IMG/VR virus record: IMGVR_UViG_3300045988_081419
Location: 1-64,000 of that record
Reading direction: 5' to 3' (one strand)
DNA: 64,000 nt
From: a virus
This document shows, piece after piece, positions 37,763 to 46,873 of this stretch. Each line of letters begins with the position of its first letter. Within the stretch, counting starts at the first letter, position 1. The position numbers and the translations under genes are program-made. Under the pieces are notes generated by a model that searched no databases, was not told the origin of the DNA, and saw only the letters and a program-made list of their open reading frames with translations.

Positions 37763-37838
37763 CTGAGTAGGAAGGTATCGAACCTTCTTTACAACACTGT
37801 TGCAACACAGGTGTTTTCTTCCACAACAAAGCTACTCA
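37763..37838 (-). ncRNA. Aberrant tRNA-like element (canonical acceptor and T arm, degenerate D/anticodon core)
   Basis: Acceptor UGAGUAG/CUACUCA 7/7 and T arm GAAGG-UUCGAUA-CCUUC. The core has no 4-bp D stem, and only AACAC/GUGUU closes a 13-nt loop CUGUGUUGCAACA. Confidence 0.5.
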
Positions 37839-38120
37839 TTAAAGGTAAGTGTCTGTAGGCTTTCCACCTACTTGCAGGTTTGGTAGTTATCGTCTAACTC
37901 ACAAGACCTCTTTTACCCAGTGACTTTTCTGGCAACCTTACGGATTTGTTTCCACTGACTATTGCTACACAGTCTTAACCACATGGGAATATGGGCTGTA
38001 TAACTCATTTCACTTACCAATAGTGGTAAAGGGTACTATCACCTCGCCCTGTTATTATCGGGTGAATTTAGTAGGTACACGCATTACTGCATATTGTGTA
38101 TGACCTCTCTTACCACTAAA

Positions 38121-38208
38121 CGGAGTGTATAGGACTTGAACCTACGCTACGTCTTAACGTACTAGAAGATTAGCAATCTTCCCTCTTCACCAACTTGAGT
38201 AACACTCC
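38121..38208 (-). tRNA. tRNA-Ser(GCU)
   Basis: Acceptor GGAGUGU/ACACUCC, 3-bp D stem, anticodon arm GAAGA-UUGCUAA-UCUUC, variable arm UACGU-UAAG-ACGUA, T arm GUAGG-UUCAAGU-CCUAU. Confidence 0.9.
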
Positions 38209-38407
38209 ATGCTCCACCTTGTTATAGTCGTGGTGGACACCCTGACTTGCAAGTAAAGTTTCTTTCGCTAGGTGCTTCGCATGACTCCACTCGACTTCAT
38301 CACCCTGTAAGTTTTCATTTCTATATCCACCTTTCGATTGACTGCTTACCCAGTGGTGGAATAGGGGAGTTGTTTGTCTTCTCTTGAAGACGATTCACAG
38401 TATAGCA

Positions 38408-38761
38408 TTAAACGGAAGTTTCGTCAAGCAGTCCGTTTTCATCTAACACCTGCAAAATTGCATTGCTCATTTTCCTCCACACTTTCATATACCATGTGGC
38501 AAATAGCTCCTCAGTGTCATCATCAACAGCAAGACCACTCTCATTACAAAAAGCATGGAATATCTCATGTGCTACAATCTCCCTTGCTCTCTGCTCCGAC
38601 TCAGACACTAAAACACAATCGTCCATAGAGTCTAACACATTTATCTTTTTGGAATAAATTCTACACTCTCCCATATTCTCCTCTGAAAGACCAATTTCTT
38701 TTCTCTCACCTATGTTCACTAAATACTCAGTGTCTAATACTGAAACTTTTGACTGCTTCAT
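38408..38761 (-). CDS. Small HExxH metallopeptidase-like protein
   Basis: AHEIFHAF motif. Start at the ATG (MKQSKVS) preceded by GGAGGG. Confidence 0.45.
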   Translation of the reverse strand: MKQSKVSVLDTEYLVNIGERKEIGLSEENMGECRIYSKKINVLDSMDDCVLVSESEQRAREIVAHEIFHAFCNESGLAVDDDTEELFATWYMKVWRKMSNAILQVLDENGLLDETSV

Positions 38762-38762
38762 A

Positions 38763-38990
38763 CTACACCCTCCAAATGTACGGAACACCAAACACAATAA
38801 GTACTCCAATCATAACACTAATCACAAGGAACACTATCAAATAGAACACCTTGTATTTCAGTGCTGTAAACAAACCCTTGTCTGACATAACATTTGCAAT
38901 CGCTGTGACCCACACAAACACCAGAAATGCAATCAGAACACAAAACAAAATCTGCAATAACATCTTGCTACCTCTCTTTCTTTTTATCAA
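38763..38990 (-). CDS. Small membrane protein
   Basis: 75 aa; two to three hydrophobic helices; basic N-terminus. Confidence 0.45.
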   Translation of the reverse strand: MIKRKRGSKMLLQILFCVLIAFLVFVWVTAIANVMSDKGLFTALKYKVFYLIVFLVISVMIGVLIVFGVPYIWRV

Positions 38991-39199
38991 TGTACACTCA
39001 TTATATCACATCAGTTAAAACAGTCAATCACGCTCCGGCTTCGCCATTACTTCTGTAATAACTAAATTATATAACTATTTAATATTATTTATATTATATA
39101 ATAACATACCTAAAGGTATGTATAGTCCTGCGGACCAGTGCAAAGCACTGTTAAATTCAAGTGTTTCTCACTATTTACTCACGCATTTAAGGTATTTAA

Positions 39200-40000
39200 G
39201 GACCACTACCTCACTCACAAATTTACCTCACAGAATTTTAACACCTCACTTTCTCACCAGTTTCTCAGAACACCTCACTCACAAAGGGGTATGGGGTCGG
39301 TGTTTAAGGGTCACACACCTCACCGAAATTCTTACCTAGTTCTGAGGTACTAGGCGACACATCAGTGAACCTCTGTCCATTTAAGGGTGGGGTACACTAT
39401 GAAAAGGGTGTTTTCACTCAAAAATTTCAAGTTTTCAGCACCAAATCACTAACCAACACTACTATTTCAATAAAATTATTAGTTTTCAGTATCAAAGCAA
39501 TGAATTTTATTCAAAGTTTGATTATTTATACATAATGTGTATAGTGTATGTGCATAGTGTGTATATAGTATGTGTCTATACTATATGTAGTATGTATATA
39601 GTGTATATAGTACTATGTATATACAATATATTGTATGAATAATATGTGGATAGTATTGTATAATTATTACTTATTTATACAGTATATACATATAATATAC
39701 ATACTATTATAAAAGACCACACATATAGTACTAGGGTACATTACCAATTTTTAAGCACATATAGGAGTATAGCCCTACCTCATATATCCACTCTATATAA
39801 TCTATTATATACCTACCACCCCTCCCCAGTGTTCTCACTACACTCACTATACTCTCACCAACACCTCACTTGTGTTATATACATTTCCTTAAAACACCTC
39901 ACTCTTTCTCTAAACACAATTAAATACTTTCACTTCTCAGCGGAATTTCTTCTTTTGGCACACCTACACCTGTTCAAGCACCTTTAGTGACACCTCACTG
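39200..40000. repeat. Iteron-like (A)CACCTCAC(T) repeats flanking an AT-rich GTATATAG/TATAGTGT repeat block (candidate origin)
   Basis: At least 8 CCTCAC-core copies (near 39208, 39226, 39241, 39269, 39313, 39860, 39892, 39989). The 39480..39790 block is almost pure short TA/GT repeats. No credible ORF in 38991..40088. Confidence 0.55.
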
Positions 40001-40088
40001 TTTAGTGTTTTCTGGGGAATAACCAAAAAAGAAGAGGTATCACACTGGACACCTCTCCTCTTATTCACTCATTACTCACTATGGACAC

Positions 40089-40481
40089 CTAGAACTCAAT
40101 TCCGAGTTCTTCACATTTGTCACTGATTGTCTCAAGGTTTTCAAGTATGTCACCTAAAGCACTGATTGGGAAGTGGACTGTCTTCCCTTTTAAGTAACCT
40201 GTATATGCTTCACTCTCTCTGTACATTGTTATGAACACACAGGCAGGTGCTTCATCATCATCAAACCTTTTCACCGACATTTCAAGATAATCTCTATTGA
40301 TTTTCTCCGGCTTCTTATATGAGGGATATTCTCTCACTAAAAAGCGGATAGGTGGGAACATAGGTGTATAACCGTCTGGTGGAAGTTTGTTAGGCTTCTT
40401 CTCCCTCTTAGGTGTTTCCTTTGGCTGTTCAACTTCAATAGACTTCTTGAGTTCCTTTCTTTTGATTGGTTTCAGTTTCAT
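40089..40481 (-). CDS. Hypothetical protein
   Basis: ORF with AAAGGAG 10 nt upstream of the chosen ATG (MKLKPIK). Confidence 0.5.
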   Translation of the reverse strand: MKLKPIKRKELKKSIEVEQPKETPKREKKPNKLPPDGYTPMFPPIRFLVREYPSYKKPEKINRDYLEMSVKRFDDDEAPACVFITMYRESEAYTGYLKGKTVHFPISALGDILENLETISDKCEELGIEF

Positions 40482-40593
40482 ACTAAAACACTCCTTTCTC
40501 ACACTTGTTAATTGATAGGTAGAGTTTAAACCACTCTAGTGAACACTGGACACACTTGTGGTGTCCAATGCTCAAACAATGGTCTATAATGTG

Positions 40594-41067
40594 TTATTTA
40601 AGAATGTCTCCTAAAACTGAATGAATCTTAAACCTCCAAATCATCTTTGTCACTGCTTTAGTCGGAACAGTCTTTTCCTCCGTACAAAATTCATCTACTG
40701 CTTCAACCACCTGCTTTGTCATTTCATCAGTATGTGTATGTAACAGTGTATTCACCTGCACTAAAGCTGTCTGAATTTCATCTGCCACAATCATTGCATG
40801 GAGTCTTGCATAAGCATTAAGATTCTCCTTGTGTGCAAGTTCTGGTGCATTAGGAACAAGGTCTTTTACCTCACACAGAAGTTTTCTCACCTCAACAAGT
40901 TTGGTGAGGACCTCTGGTGGTACAAGTGTTGGGAAGTTATCAGTCTTGACAGGTGGATTATTCCAGTCAAAGTCATCTTTCTTCTCCTGCTTGTTAAAAT
41001 CGGTGAGGGAAGTAAGACCTAACAACATTTTCAGTTCCTCCGGCATTTCATCAAATAATCTTGACAT
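40594..41067 (-). CDS. Hypothetical protein
   Basis: 157-aa co-oriented ORF. Confidence 0.45.
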   Translation of the reverse strand: MSRLFDEMPEELKMLLGLTSLTDFNKQEKKDDFDWNNPPVKTDNFPTLVPPEVLTKLVEVRKLLCEVKDLVPNAPELAHKENLNAYARLHAMIVADEIQTALVQVNTLLHTHTDEMTKQVVEAVDEFCTEEKTVPTKAVTKMIWRFKIHSVLGDILK

Positions 41068-41203
41068 AGTAACACTCTCCTTTTCTTCACTCTTAATGTG
41101 TTTAGTTACTGAACCTGTAATGGGTTCACTCTCACCAACAAGGTGTGTAGTCTTGTTGGCAAGGTCAGCTCACTACCTATCAAGTGTGTTTTGGGGAGTG
41201 TTA

Positions 41204-41458
41204 TTAGTAATCTGTGTAGTGTTCTACCACCACATCACCATTACTGTCATAGATTGAGGTACAAAGTTTAGGTTTATCACCCACAACGGATTTATCTGTC
41301 TCCAAGTAACATTTTATACTAAAAGCAGTTGTAATCTCCCCATTGTCTCTTTGGGTTATCTCAACTGTCATACCTCCGTCTCTTCTAGCAGGTCCACCTG
41401 CAAGTGGAGTCTTTCTTCCATCAATATCTGCATTTATATAAAAAGGTCTTACTGGCAT
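41204..41458 (-). CDS. Hypothetical protein
   Basis: 84-aa ORF; start overlaps the upstream stop. Confidence 0.4.
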   Translation of the reverse strand: MPVRPFYINADIDGRKTPLAGGPARRDGGMTVEITQRDNGEITTAFSIKCYLETDKSVVGDKPKLCTSIYDSNGDVVVEHYTDY

Positions 41459-41862
41459 TATGATTCTCCTCTCAACTGGTTAAACAGTTCTTCATCAATG
41501 AAACACTTCTGTCCTGCTGTCCATTCACACCCAGTCATTTTACTAAAGGCTTCTGGTCTTATCACTAAGTAACCACCTAAAGGATAAACGTCTTTTCCCT
41601 CCATAGATTTCATTGGAGGTCTATTATCACCCGGCTGTGTATCACTAACAGGAATAAGTGCAACACCTAACTTCATCTGTTCCTTACATTTATCACATGG
41701 CTCATAGTCTAATACCATGTGTCTAGGTGCTTCAAGGTCTTCACTCTTACCACCAATCTTTCCTAACAATGCAATCTCTTGTTTTTCTTCACCACAGAAG
41801 AAACAAATAGGTATTGTAGGATTGACTCCATGCTTTGGACTTATCTTGATACTATTAGACAT
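41458..41862 (-). CDS. Hypothetical Cys-rich (Zn-binding?) protein
   Basis: CFFCGEE...CDKC pairs; AAAGGAG 8 nt upstream of the chosen ATG (MSNSIK). Confidence 0.5.
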   Translation of the reverse strand: MSNSIKISPKHGVNPTIPICFFCGEEKQEIALLGKIGGKSEDLEAPRHMVLDYEPCDKCKEQMKLGVALIPVSDTQPGDNRPPMKSMEGKDVYPLGGYLVIRPEAFSKMTGCEWTAGQKCFIDEELFNQLRGES

Positions 41863-41965
41863 ACTCAGTCTCCTTTCATTCACTAAACACTTCTCACACC
41901 ATTGTTATCAAGAGTACTTTAGTACTCATTCTTGCACACCACCTAAGTGATATGCAAGGTCAATA

Positions 41966-42403
41966 CTAAAGTGTTGCCATACAATACTGGTCGTACAACT
42001 GAATACCAATCTCATTGTGAATGTCGAGGTCTTCTCTGATAAGTCTCCTCACTAACATACTAATTGTTTTCAGTGCTGTCCATTTCATGTCTTGTATCAT
42101 CTGCATGGTCTGAAAATACACCTCTGGATTGTACTTATACTTTTCCTCTCTGGTCTTTCTCTCGTCAAGGTCTAACTGGCAGTACTGTTTCACCCGATAG
42201 TCAAGTCTTGCGTTGAGGTATGTCTCCTTGTCAACATAGAGAATACCAAACACTTCATAACCATTGGACTTGTACTGTTTCAGTTCTAAAAGTCTGTAAG
42301 CCATTCTTCTCAATCTGTCTTCATCATTCTCCGGCAGATAGAATAGAGTCTCTTCTTCACCTGTAGACTTTACAAGTTTGTAAATCATGTAGTTTCCTTT
42401 CAT
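41966..42403 (-). CDS. Hypothetical protein
   Basis: AAAGGAGAG upstream of the chosen ATG (MKGNYMI). Confidence 0.45.
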   Translation of the reverse strand: MKGNYMIYKLVKSTGEEETLFYLPENDEDRLRRMAYRLLELKQYKSNGYEVFGILYVDKETYLNARLDYRVKQYCQLDLDERKTREEKYKYNPEVYFQTMQMIQDMKWTALKTISMLVRRLIREDLDIHNEIGIQLYDQYCMATL

Positions 42404-42510
42404 CTGTACACACTCTCCTTTTTTACATTTACACACTCTTGATAGGAGTACCTTTCAGCACTCACTCTCACACACCACAAAAGGTGGTGTGCAAGGTCAA
42501 CACTGAATTA

Positions 42511-43278
42511 TTATTCAACTGCGTCCACAAGTCTATAGAGTTCAAACTCCATGTTGTTTGTGTATCTGAATCCATCCTCTGTGATTGCCATGTCTTTCGG
42601 CTGAATGAGGTATGGCTGTTCAGTGTAACTTGATACACCGATTGCAACTTTATCCTCGTCACTGATATAGATACAGGACACTAAATCCAAGTCATTCGGG
42701 AAGTTTTTCGGCTTTTTGATTTCATCAAGGCTACCTTTGTAGTCAAACTGTCTTAAAAGTCTTTCAGACCAGTACACTGCAAAGTAAACCTCTTCTTCAT
42801 TCTCAAGTGCTTTTCTGAGGTCAGCAAAGGTCTTAATGTCCTGTGCTTTCTCAAGTGTTCCGATTTCAGTTGTCACTTTTTCGGAAAAGGCACTTGCTAA
42901 ATCAAAAGCAACTCCCTTGTTTGTGGACTTCTCCACAGCAGAGGTCTTTGGAGTCTCTTTTTTACCAGATTTCTTAGGTGCAGGAGTCTTTTTCTCCGGT
43001 GTTTTAGGTGTTTCTTCCTGCTCTGTCTCAGTCTTTTCCGGCTTAGAAGACTTTTTCAAGGTCTTTTTAGCTGAATTTTCCGGGGCAGGTGCAGGAAGTG
43101 AATCAGCTACCTCTTTCACTAAAGGTCTGAGGTCTGTGATTTTAACACTGTCCGGGTCTTTCTTCCATGCGTTTGCGGTATAAGTGATTCTGTCCTTTAA
43201 AGACTTGTCAGATACCTCATTGAAATGCTCGTCAAGAAACTCCACCATCTGCTGTTTGTTCATTTTGTTAGTTGTCAT
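42511..43278 (-). CDS. Hypothetical protein with K/E/P/T-rich linker
   Basis: 255-aa ORF; low-complexity central region. Confidence 0.45.
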   Translation of the reverse strand: MTTNKMNKQQMVEFLDEHFNEVSDKSLKDRITYTANAWKKDPDSVKITDLRPLVKEVADSLPAPAPENSAKKTLKKSSKPEKTETEQEETPKTPEKKTPAPKKSGKKETPKTSAVEKSTNKGVAFDLASAFSEKVTTEIGTLEKAQDIKTFADLRKALENEEEVYFAVYWSERLLRQFDYKGSLDEIKKPKNFPNDLDLVSCIYISDEDKVAIGVSSYTEQPYLIQPKDMAITEDGFRYTNNMEFELYRLVDAVE

Positions 43279-44107
43279 AATAACACTCTCCTTTTCTTAA
43301 TTGTTTTGTAATGTGTTTTGGATAAGCCTATCCACTCGATACACTAAAATTTAATGTACTCAGTGCATAGGCTTATGCAAGTGCCAGACACTATAAAAGC
43401 TGTCTGACACCCACACTGCAATTAAGAGTGTGAGTAATGTTTTCACTTTCTCTTCCAGTTTACTATCAACAACTTTTGAGGTCGCATAATGCGTAACTAT
43501 CTCCGGCTGTCTCAAGTACTTAAAAGAGTACTTATTTACTTGTCAAGGTTCAAGACTATGTTTCATCACCTGTTTCTGTTCAGCGTTTCAACACGTTTTC
43601 GGTTACTCACTCAAGCGTTTCTGTCACTCGCTCTTGAGCTTGTCTATACTTTAGCACACGCAAAACAGCTTGTCAACACTTTTTTTCATAAATTCATAAA
43701 TTTCTTTTTGACGCTCATTTTAGGCGTTTTAAGGCTCTTTTTTGGTCTAGTGGGGAAATGTTCGGGTAAAGCTATAAAAACGCTTTAAAGGGCATTTCTA
43801 AGCGTTACAAGGGCATTTCATAGCTTGTCACTATAGCAGGCAGGACGGCAAAACATGAAAAACACGTTTCAAGGTCTTTTATTGACGTTTTCAGCGTCTT
43901 TTATAGGTTTATCGTCATTTTTATACAATAGGGGCATAAAATGGGCTTATTTAAGGCAATACGGAACTAAAAACACTATGAAAAGCAAGGGAATATTTAC
44001 GGCTCAAAAAATACATTGTACATATTTCACAAAAAGAAAAAAGAGTGATTTATAAACAATACATAAAAACACATTAAAACACTTGTGCAATCCTAACAAA
44101 ACACATA

Positions 44108-44141
44108 CTAAAAGGACACTCCCACATTACTAAGAGTGTCC
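44108..44141 (-). terminator. Rho-independent terminator
   Basis: GGACACUC..GAGUGUCC 8-bp hairpin followed by UUUUAG on the minus strand, after CDS 44192..44848. Confidence 0.6.
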
Positions 44142-44191
44142 TTTGTGTCACGTTTCTATATTGGCTTATCCTATATACATTACATTGAGTG

Positions 44192-44848
44192 TTATTTCTT
44201 CCCGAATTTCTTTATCTTCTTGAGTTTCATTCCACTGCTCGGTTCAGTGGTCTTTTCTGTCTTTTTCAAGGTCTTTTTAGGTGTTTCCTTTTCCTCTCCA
44301 TGAGGTGTTGCAATAGTGATTTTCTTGTGTCTCTTCATTCCTTTACTAAAAGGTCTGTCCTCTGCTATGGTCTTATAAGCACTGTCTTCCGCTTCTTCAA
44401 TCATATCTCTATAGTAATCACCATACACATCAAACACTGCTTTCTCCATGAGTTTCTGGTGTGGTGACACTCTAGGACACCTACCCTCTGCTTTCTTTGC
44501 TCTCTGTTCTGGTTTTAGTGGTGCATGACCTAAGTAGTGTTGCTCATAGTAGTCCTCACTTGTGATTTTACACACATACCTAAAGTAGTTCTTTCTGGTC
44601 TTACAGTGTACAATCATTCTTTTAATGGACTCCAAACACTTGTCTAAATCACTACCACAACAGATACAATGATAGGTCACGTTGTCTAACACTCTGTACC
44701 ACTCTGGGTTACTGGTGTCTTCTGGGTCATAACCTCCTAAGTACTTCTCTTCACCCTCTGGGTACACAACTGGTGCTTTCTTTCTATACTGTCCTCTTAC
44801 TATATAGAAAAGACCTCGTAAACTTTCTTCTTGTGTGATATGTGCCAT
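44192..44848 (-). CDS. Hypothetical protein, basic C-terminus
   Basis: 218-aa ORF; GAGAGGAGAA RBS. Confidence 0.5.
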   Translation of the reverse strand: MAHITQEESLRGLFYIVRGQYRKKAPVVYPEGEEKYLGGYDPEDTSNPEWYRVLDNVTYHCICCGSDLDKCLESIKRMIVHCKTRKNYFRYVCKITSEDYYEQHYLGHAPLKPEQRAKKAEGRCPRVSPHQKLMEKAVFDVYGDYYRDMIEEAEDSAYKTIAEDRPFSKGMKRHKKITIATPHGEEKETPKKTLKKTEKTTEPSSGMKLKKIKKFGKK

Positions 44849-44859
44849 ACTCTATTCTC

Positions 44860-45600
44860 CTCTCTATATAGTATATAGAGGGAGAGGAATGATTACCTCT
44901 TCTCTATATACTGTTTTCGCTTCACTGACTATAGTATAACACATATCACTAAACACCTCAAACACTTTATTTTCCGGGTGTTTTGGTGGTGTTTTGTGGT
45001 TTAAAAGGAGTTCCACACTGAGGACACTTAGTAACACCTTTCATAGTGATTTTAGTCACCTTACCACACTTCTCGCAAGTTCTTGTCTTGTTCATCTTTC
45101 TTCCTCCTCTATTACTATATAGAATAGTAGTATCATTCCCTCCCTATTCTATATAGAGAAAAGGGTATCAACCTCTGTCTAAACACTACACTGTAACAAC
45201 ACCTAACACTTGCTAAAATCGGTGTTAAAGGTGGTTCTTAGGTAGTCCTCAAACCTAAGAGATTTATTACTCTCCCTCTATATAGAAAATGGGTAGCCGG
45301 AAAGGATTTTCTACTGGTTTTAGTATAGCATAACACTACTGATAGTACAAGTAATGACTCCTCTAAACACTACCCCTATAACACCTTTAACCACACCTAA
45401 ACACTGATTTTACCGCCTTTTCGTCAGAGACCTGCCTTGGTGTCACTATAGTAAGACAGTAAACTGTCCTATTTTTAATGAGTATCAGAAACAGTCTTTC
45501 TCTATATACTTTCTCTATACTACTATCTATATTCTATTCTATATATTATTCTTTCTTCTATACTTCACTTTTAGCGACCCGATTTTTCTCTATAGTCATT
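44860..45600. repeat. Dispersed CTCTATATA(G) / CTATATAGAG motif family incl. two inverted-repeat pairs
   Basis: About 10 copies (e.g. 44863, 44872, 44901, 45115, 45150, 45277, 45500, 45516, 45546, 45588). 13-bp inverted repeat CTATATAGAATAG..CTATTCTATATAG at about 45114..45155. Confidence 0.6.
44967..45095 (-). CDS. 42-aa zinc-ribbon micro-protein
   Basis: MNKTRTCEKCGKVTKITMKGVTKCPQCGTPFKP..; GGAGGA RBS; below the ORF-track length cut-off. Confidence 0.5.
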   Translation of the reverse strand: MNKTRTCEKCGKVTKITMKGVTKCPQCGTPFKPQNTTKTPGK

Positions 45601-45644
45601 TCTTTCCCGGTTTATTTGGTAAAGGCTTAAACTTTTCCCCGGAA

Positions 45645-45821
45645 TTACTTCAACACTAAAGAGAGTACTGCCATTACTATTTGTCCTATTATATACACAA
45701 ATATTATTAGTTCTATTATATCTCCTACTCTCTTCCGCATTTTCTTTCTTCTCTCATACTGACGCTCATTATATTTCCGCAAAAATTCCATCTGTTCTCT
45801 GTCATCATTAAAGTCTCTCAT
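45645..45821 (-). CDS. 58-aa tail-anchored membrane protein
   Basis: MRDFNDDREQMEF...IIELIIFVYIIGQIVMAVLSLVLK; TAGGAGG RBS 5 nt upstream. Confidence 0.55.
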   Translation of the reverse strand: MRDFNDDREQMEFLRKYNERQYERRKKMRKRVGDIIELIIFVYIIGQIVMAVLSLVLK

Positions 45822-45832
45822 ACTCTTACCTC

Positions 45833-46126
45833 CTAGTAATGTATCTTATGAATAAAATCTGCAAAAAGTCTCCATAAACAATACTCATTCCAACAAATAG
45901 AAGTACCCTTATTTGGCACTCCTTTGTTATAATACCTATCTGCTTTAGTGATAATATATCTTATCTTTTTTCTATCTTCTTTCCTACTAAATTCCTCCGC
46001 AAACTTTCTTTTCACCGACTTATCTTCCCACTTACTACTATGTATGAAATTATATATTAACTTGTAAGGAAGTGTTTCAGCTTCTTCCTTAGTCATTTCA
46101 ATATAAGAATAATTAACAATCCTCAT
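45833..46126 (-). CDS. Hypothetical protein
   Basis: 97-aa ORF; start overlaps the upstream stop. Confidence 0.45.
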   Translation of the reverse strand: MRIVNYSYIEMTKEEAETLPYKLIYNFIHSSKWEDKSVKRKFAEEFSRKEDRKKIRYIITKADRYYNKGVPNKGTSICWNEYCLWRLFADFIHKIHY

Positions 46127-46416
46127 TATATAACCCCTTTTCTTGACATAGTAGCTTTCACTACTTTCACACCCAACAAACTACTCAAAACATCTTCCAG
46201 TTCATCAATCATAATCTGGTCCGGTCTCTCTTTAACGTCTCTAAGGTCACTGATAGTATAGACCTTAATGTTCATACCCATCTGCTGTGCTTGATATGTA
46301 ATATTATTTCTCCGGGTAACATTTGTGGTTAAAATAGGAACACCAGAGAAATAAGAATCCATAATAAGTGTTGTGGTCTTACCTGCTTGTCTGTTATCTA
46401 CATCAATAATCATCAC
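46126..46416 (-). CDS. Mini P-loop protein (Walker A/B-like)
   Basis: RQAGKTTT and IMIDELE motifs in only 96 aa. Confidence 0.4.
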   Translation of the reverse strand: MMIIDVDNRQAGKTTTLIMDSYFSGVPILTTNVTRRNNITYQAQQMGMNIKVYTISDLRDVKERPDQIMIDELEDVLSSLLGVKVVKATMSRKGVI

Positions 46417-46622
46417 TGCACCTCCACTAATTCAAAACATTCTTCTTTCCAGTTAAACACATTGTTTAAGTCATAAGAACTATAACCAATATCATAGTCT
46501 TCTTTACCGACTTCTTTGTATTTAATGTTAAAATATGGCTTCTCTTTTGTTCCAGTAACAACTATTTCTAACTCCGTTACTTTTACCTTTTCAATAGGGC
46601 TGTTGATAGTACTCTTCTCCAT
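46413..46622 (-). CDS. Hypothetical protein
   Basis: 69-aa ORF; 4-nt overlap with the next gene. Confidence 0.4.
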   Translation of the reverse strand: MEKSTINSPIEKVKVTELEIVVTGTKEKPYFNIKYKEVGKEDYDIGYSSYDLNNVFNWKEECFELVEVQ

Positions 46623-46633
46623 TTTCTTCCTCC

Positions 46634-46873
46634 TTAAAATCTCTTTGAATATAAATTGTAAATGTTTATGTGTTTCACATGACCTCTAATAAAAGCATTG
46701 CCATCTACCTCATTAAGAAATCTTGTATATTTCTCTGAGGACACTTTGCAGTACTTTATCTCACCTCTCACTAAAGAGTCTACCAACTGCCTCTTAGTGG
46801 TTATATCCAATAGTATTCCTCTGTTCTCACATTTCAAAGGAACTCTTTTCAGTATAATAAAATTCTCTTCCAT
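46634..46873 (-). CDS. Hypothetical protein
   Basis: ATG at 46873 after GAGGAGG; overlaps the upstream stop (ATGA). Confidence 0.45.
   Translation of the reverse strand: MEENFIILKRVPLKCENRGILLDITTKRQLVDSLVRGEIKYCKVSSEKYTRFLNEVDGNAFIRGHVKHINIYNLYSKRF

Noticed and set aside
37095-38407. Annotating a full RNase P RNA gene on the plus strand
   Set aside because: Only isolated motif matches were found. Their order (CR-V-like, CR-I, S-domain-like, CR-IV-like) is non-canonical, and minus-strand tRNA genes lie between them. Kept as a lead in the findings, not as a feature.
39480-39790. Possible CRISPR array or tandem satellite
   Set aside because: The repeats are very short (6-10 nt), irregularly spaced and degenerate, with no constant repeat-spacer periodicity. 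Better described as an AT-rich micro-repeat block.
43489-44055. Plus-strand ORFs 43489..43788 (99 aa) and 43855..44055 (66 aa) as the only plus-strand genes
   Set aside because: The translations are low-complexity, hydrophobic and basic. Only one has a weak GAGG, and all other genes in 64 kb are on the minus strand. Left unannotated but not excluded.
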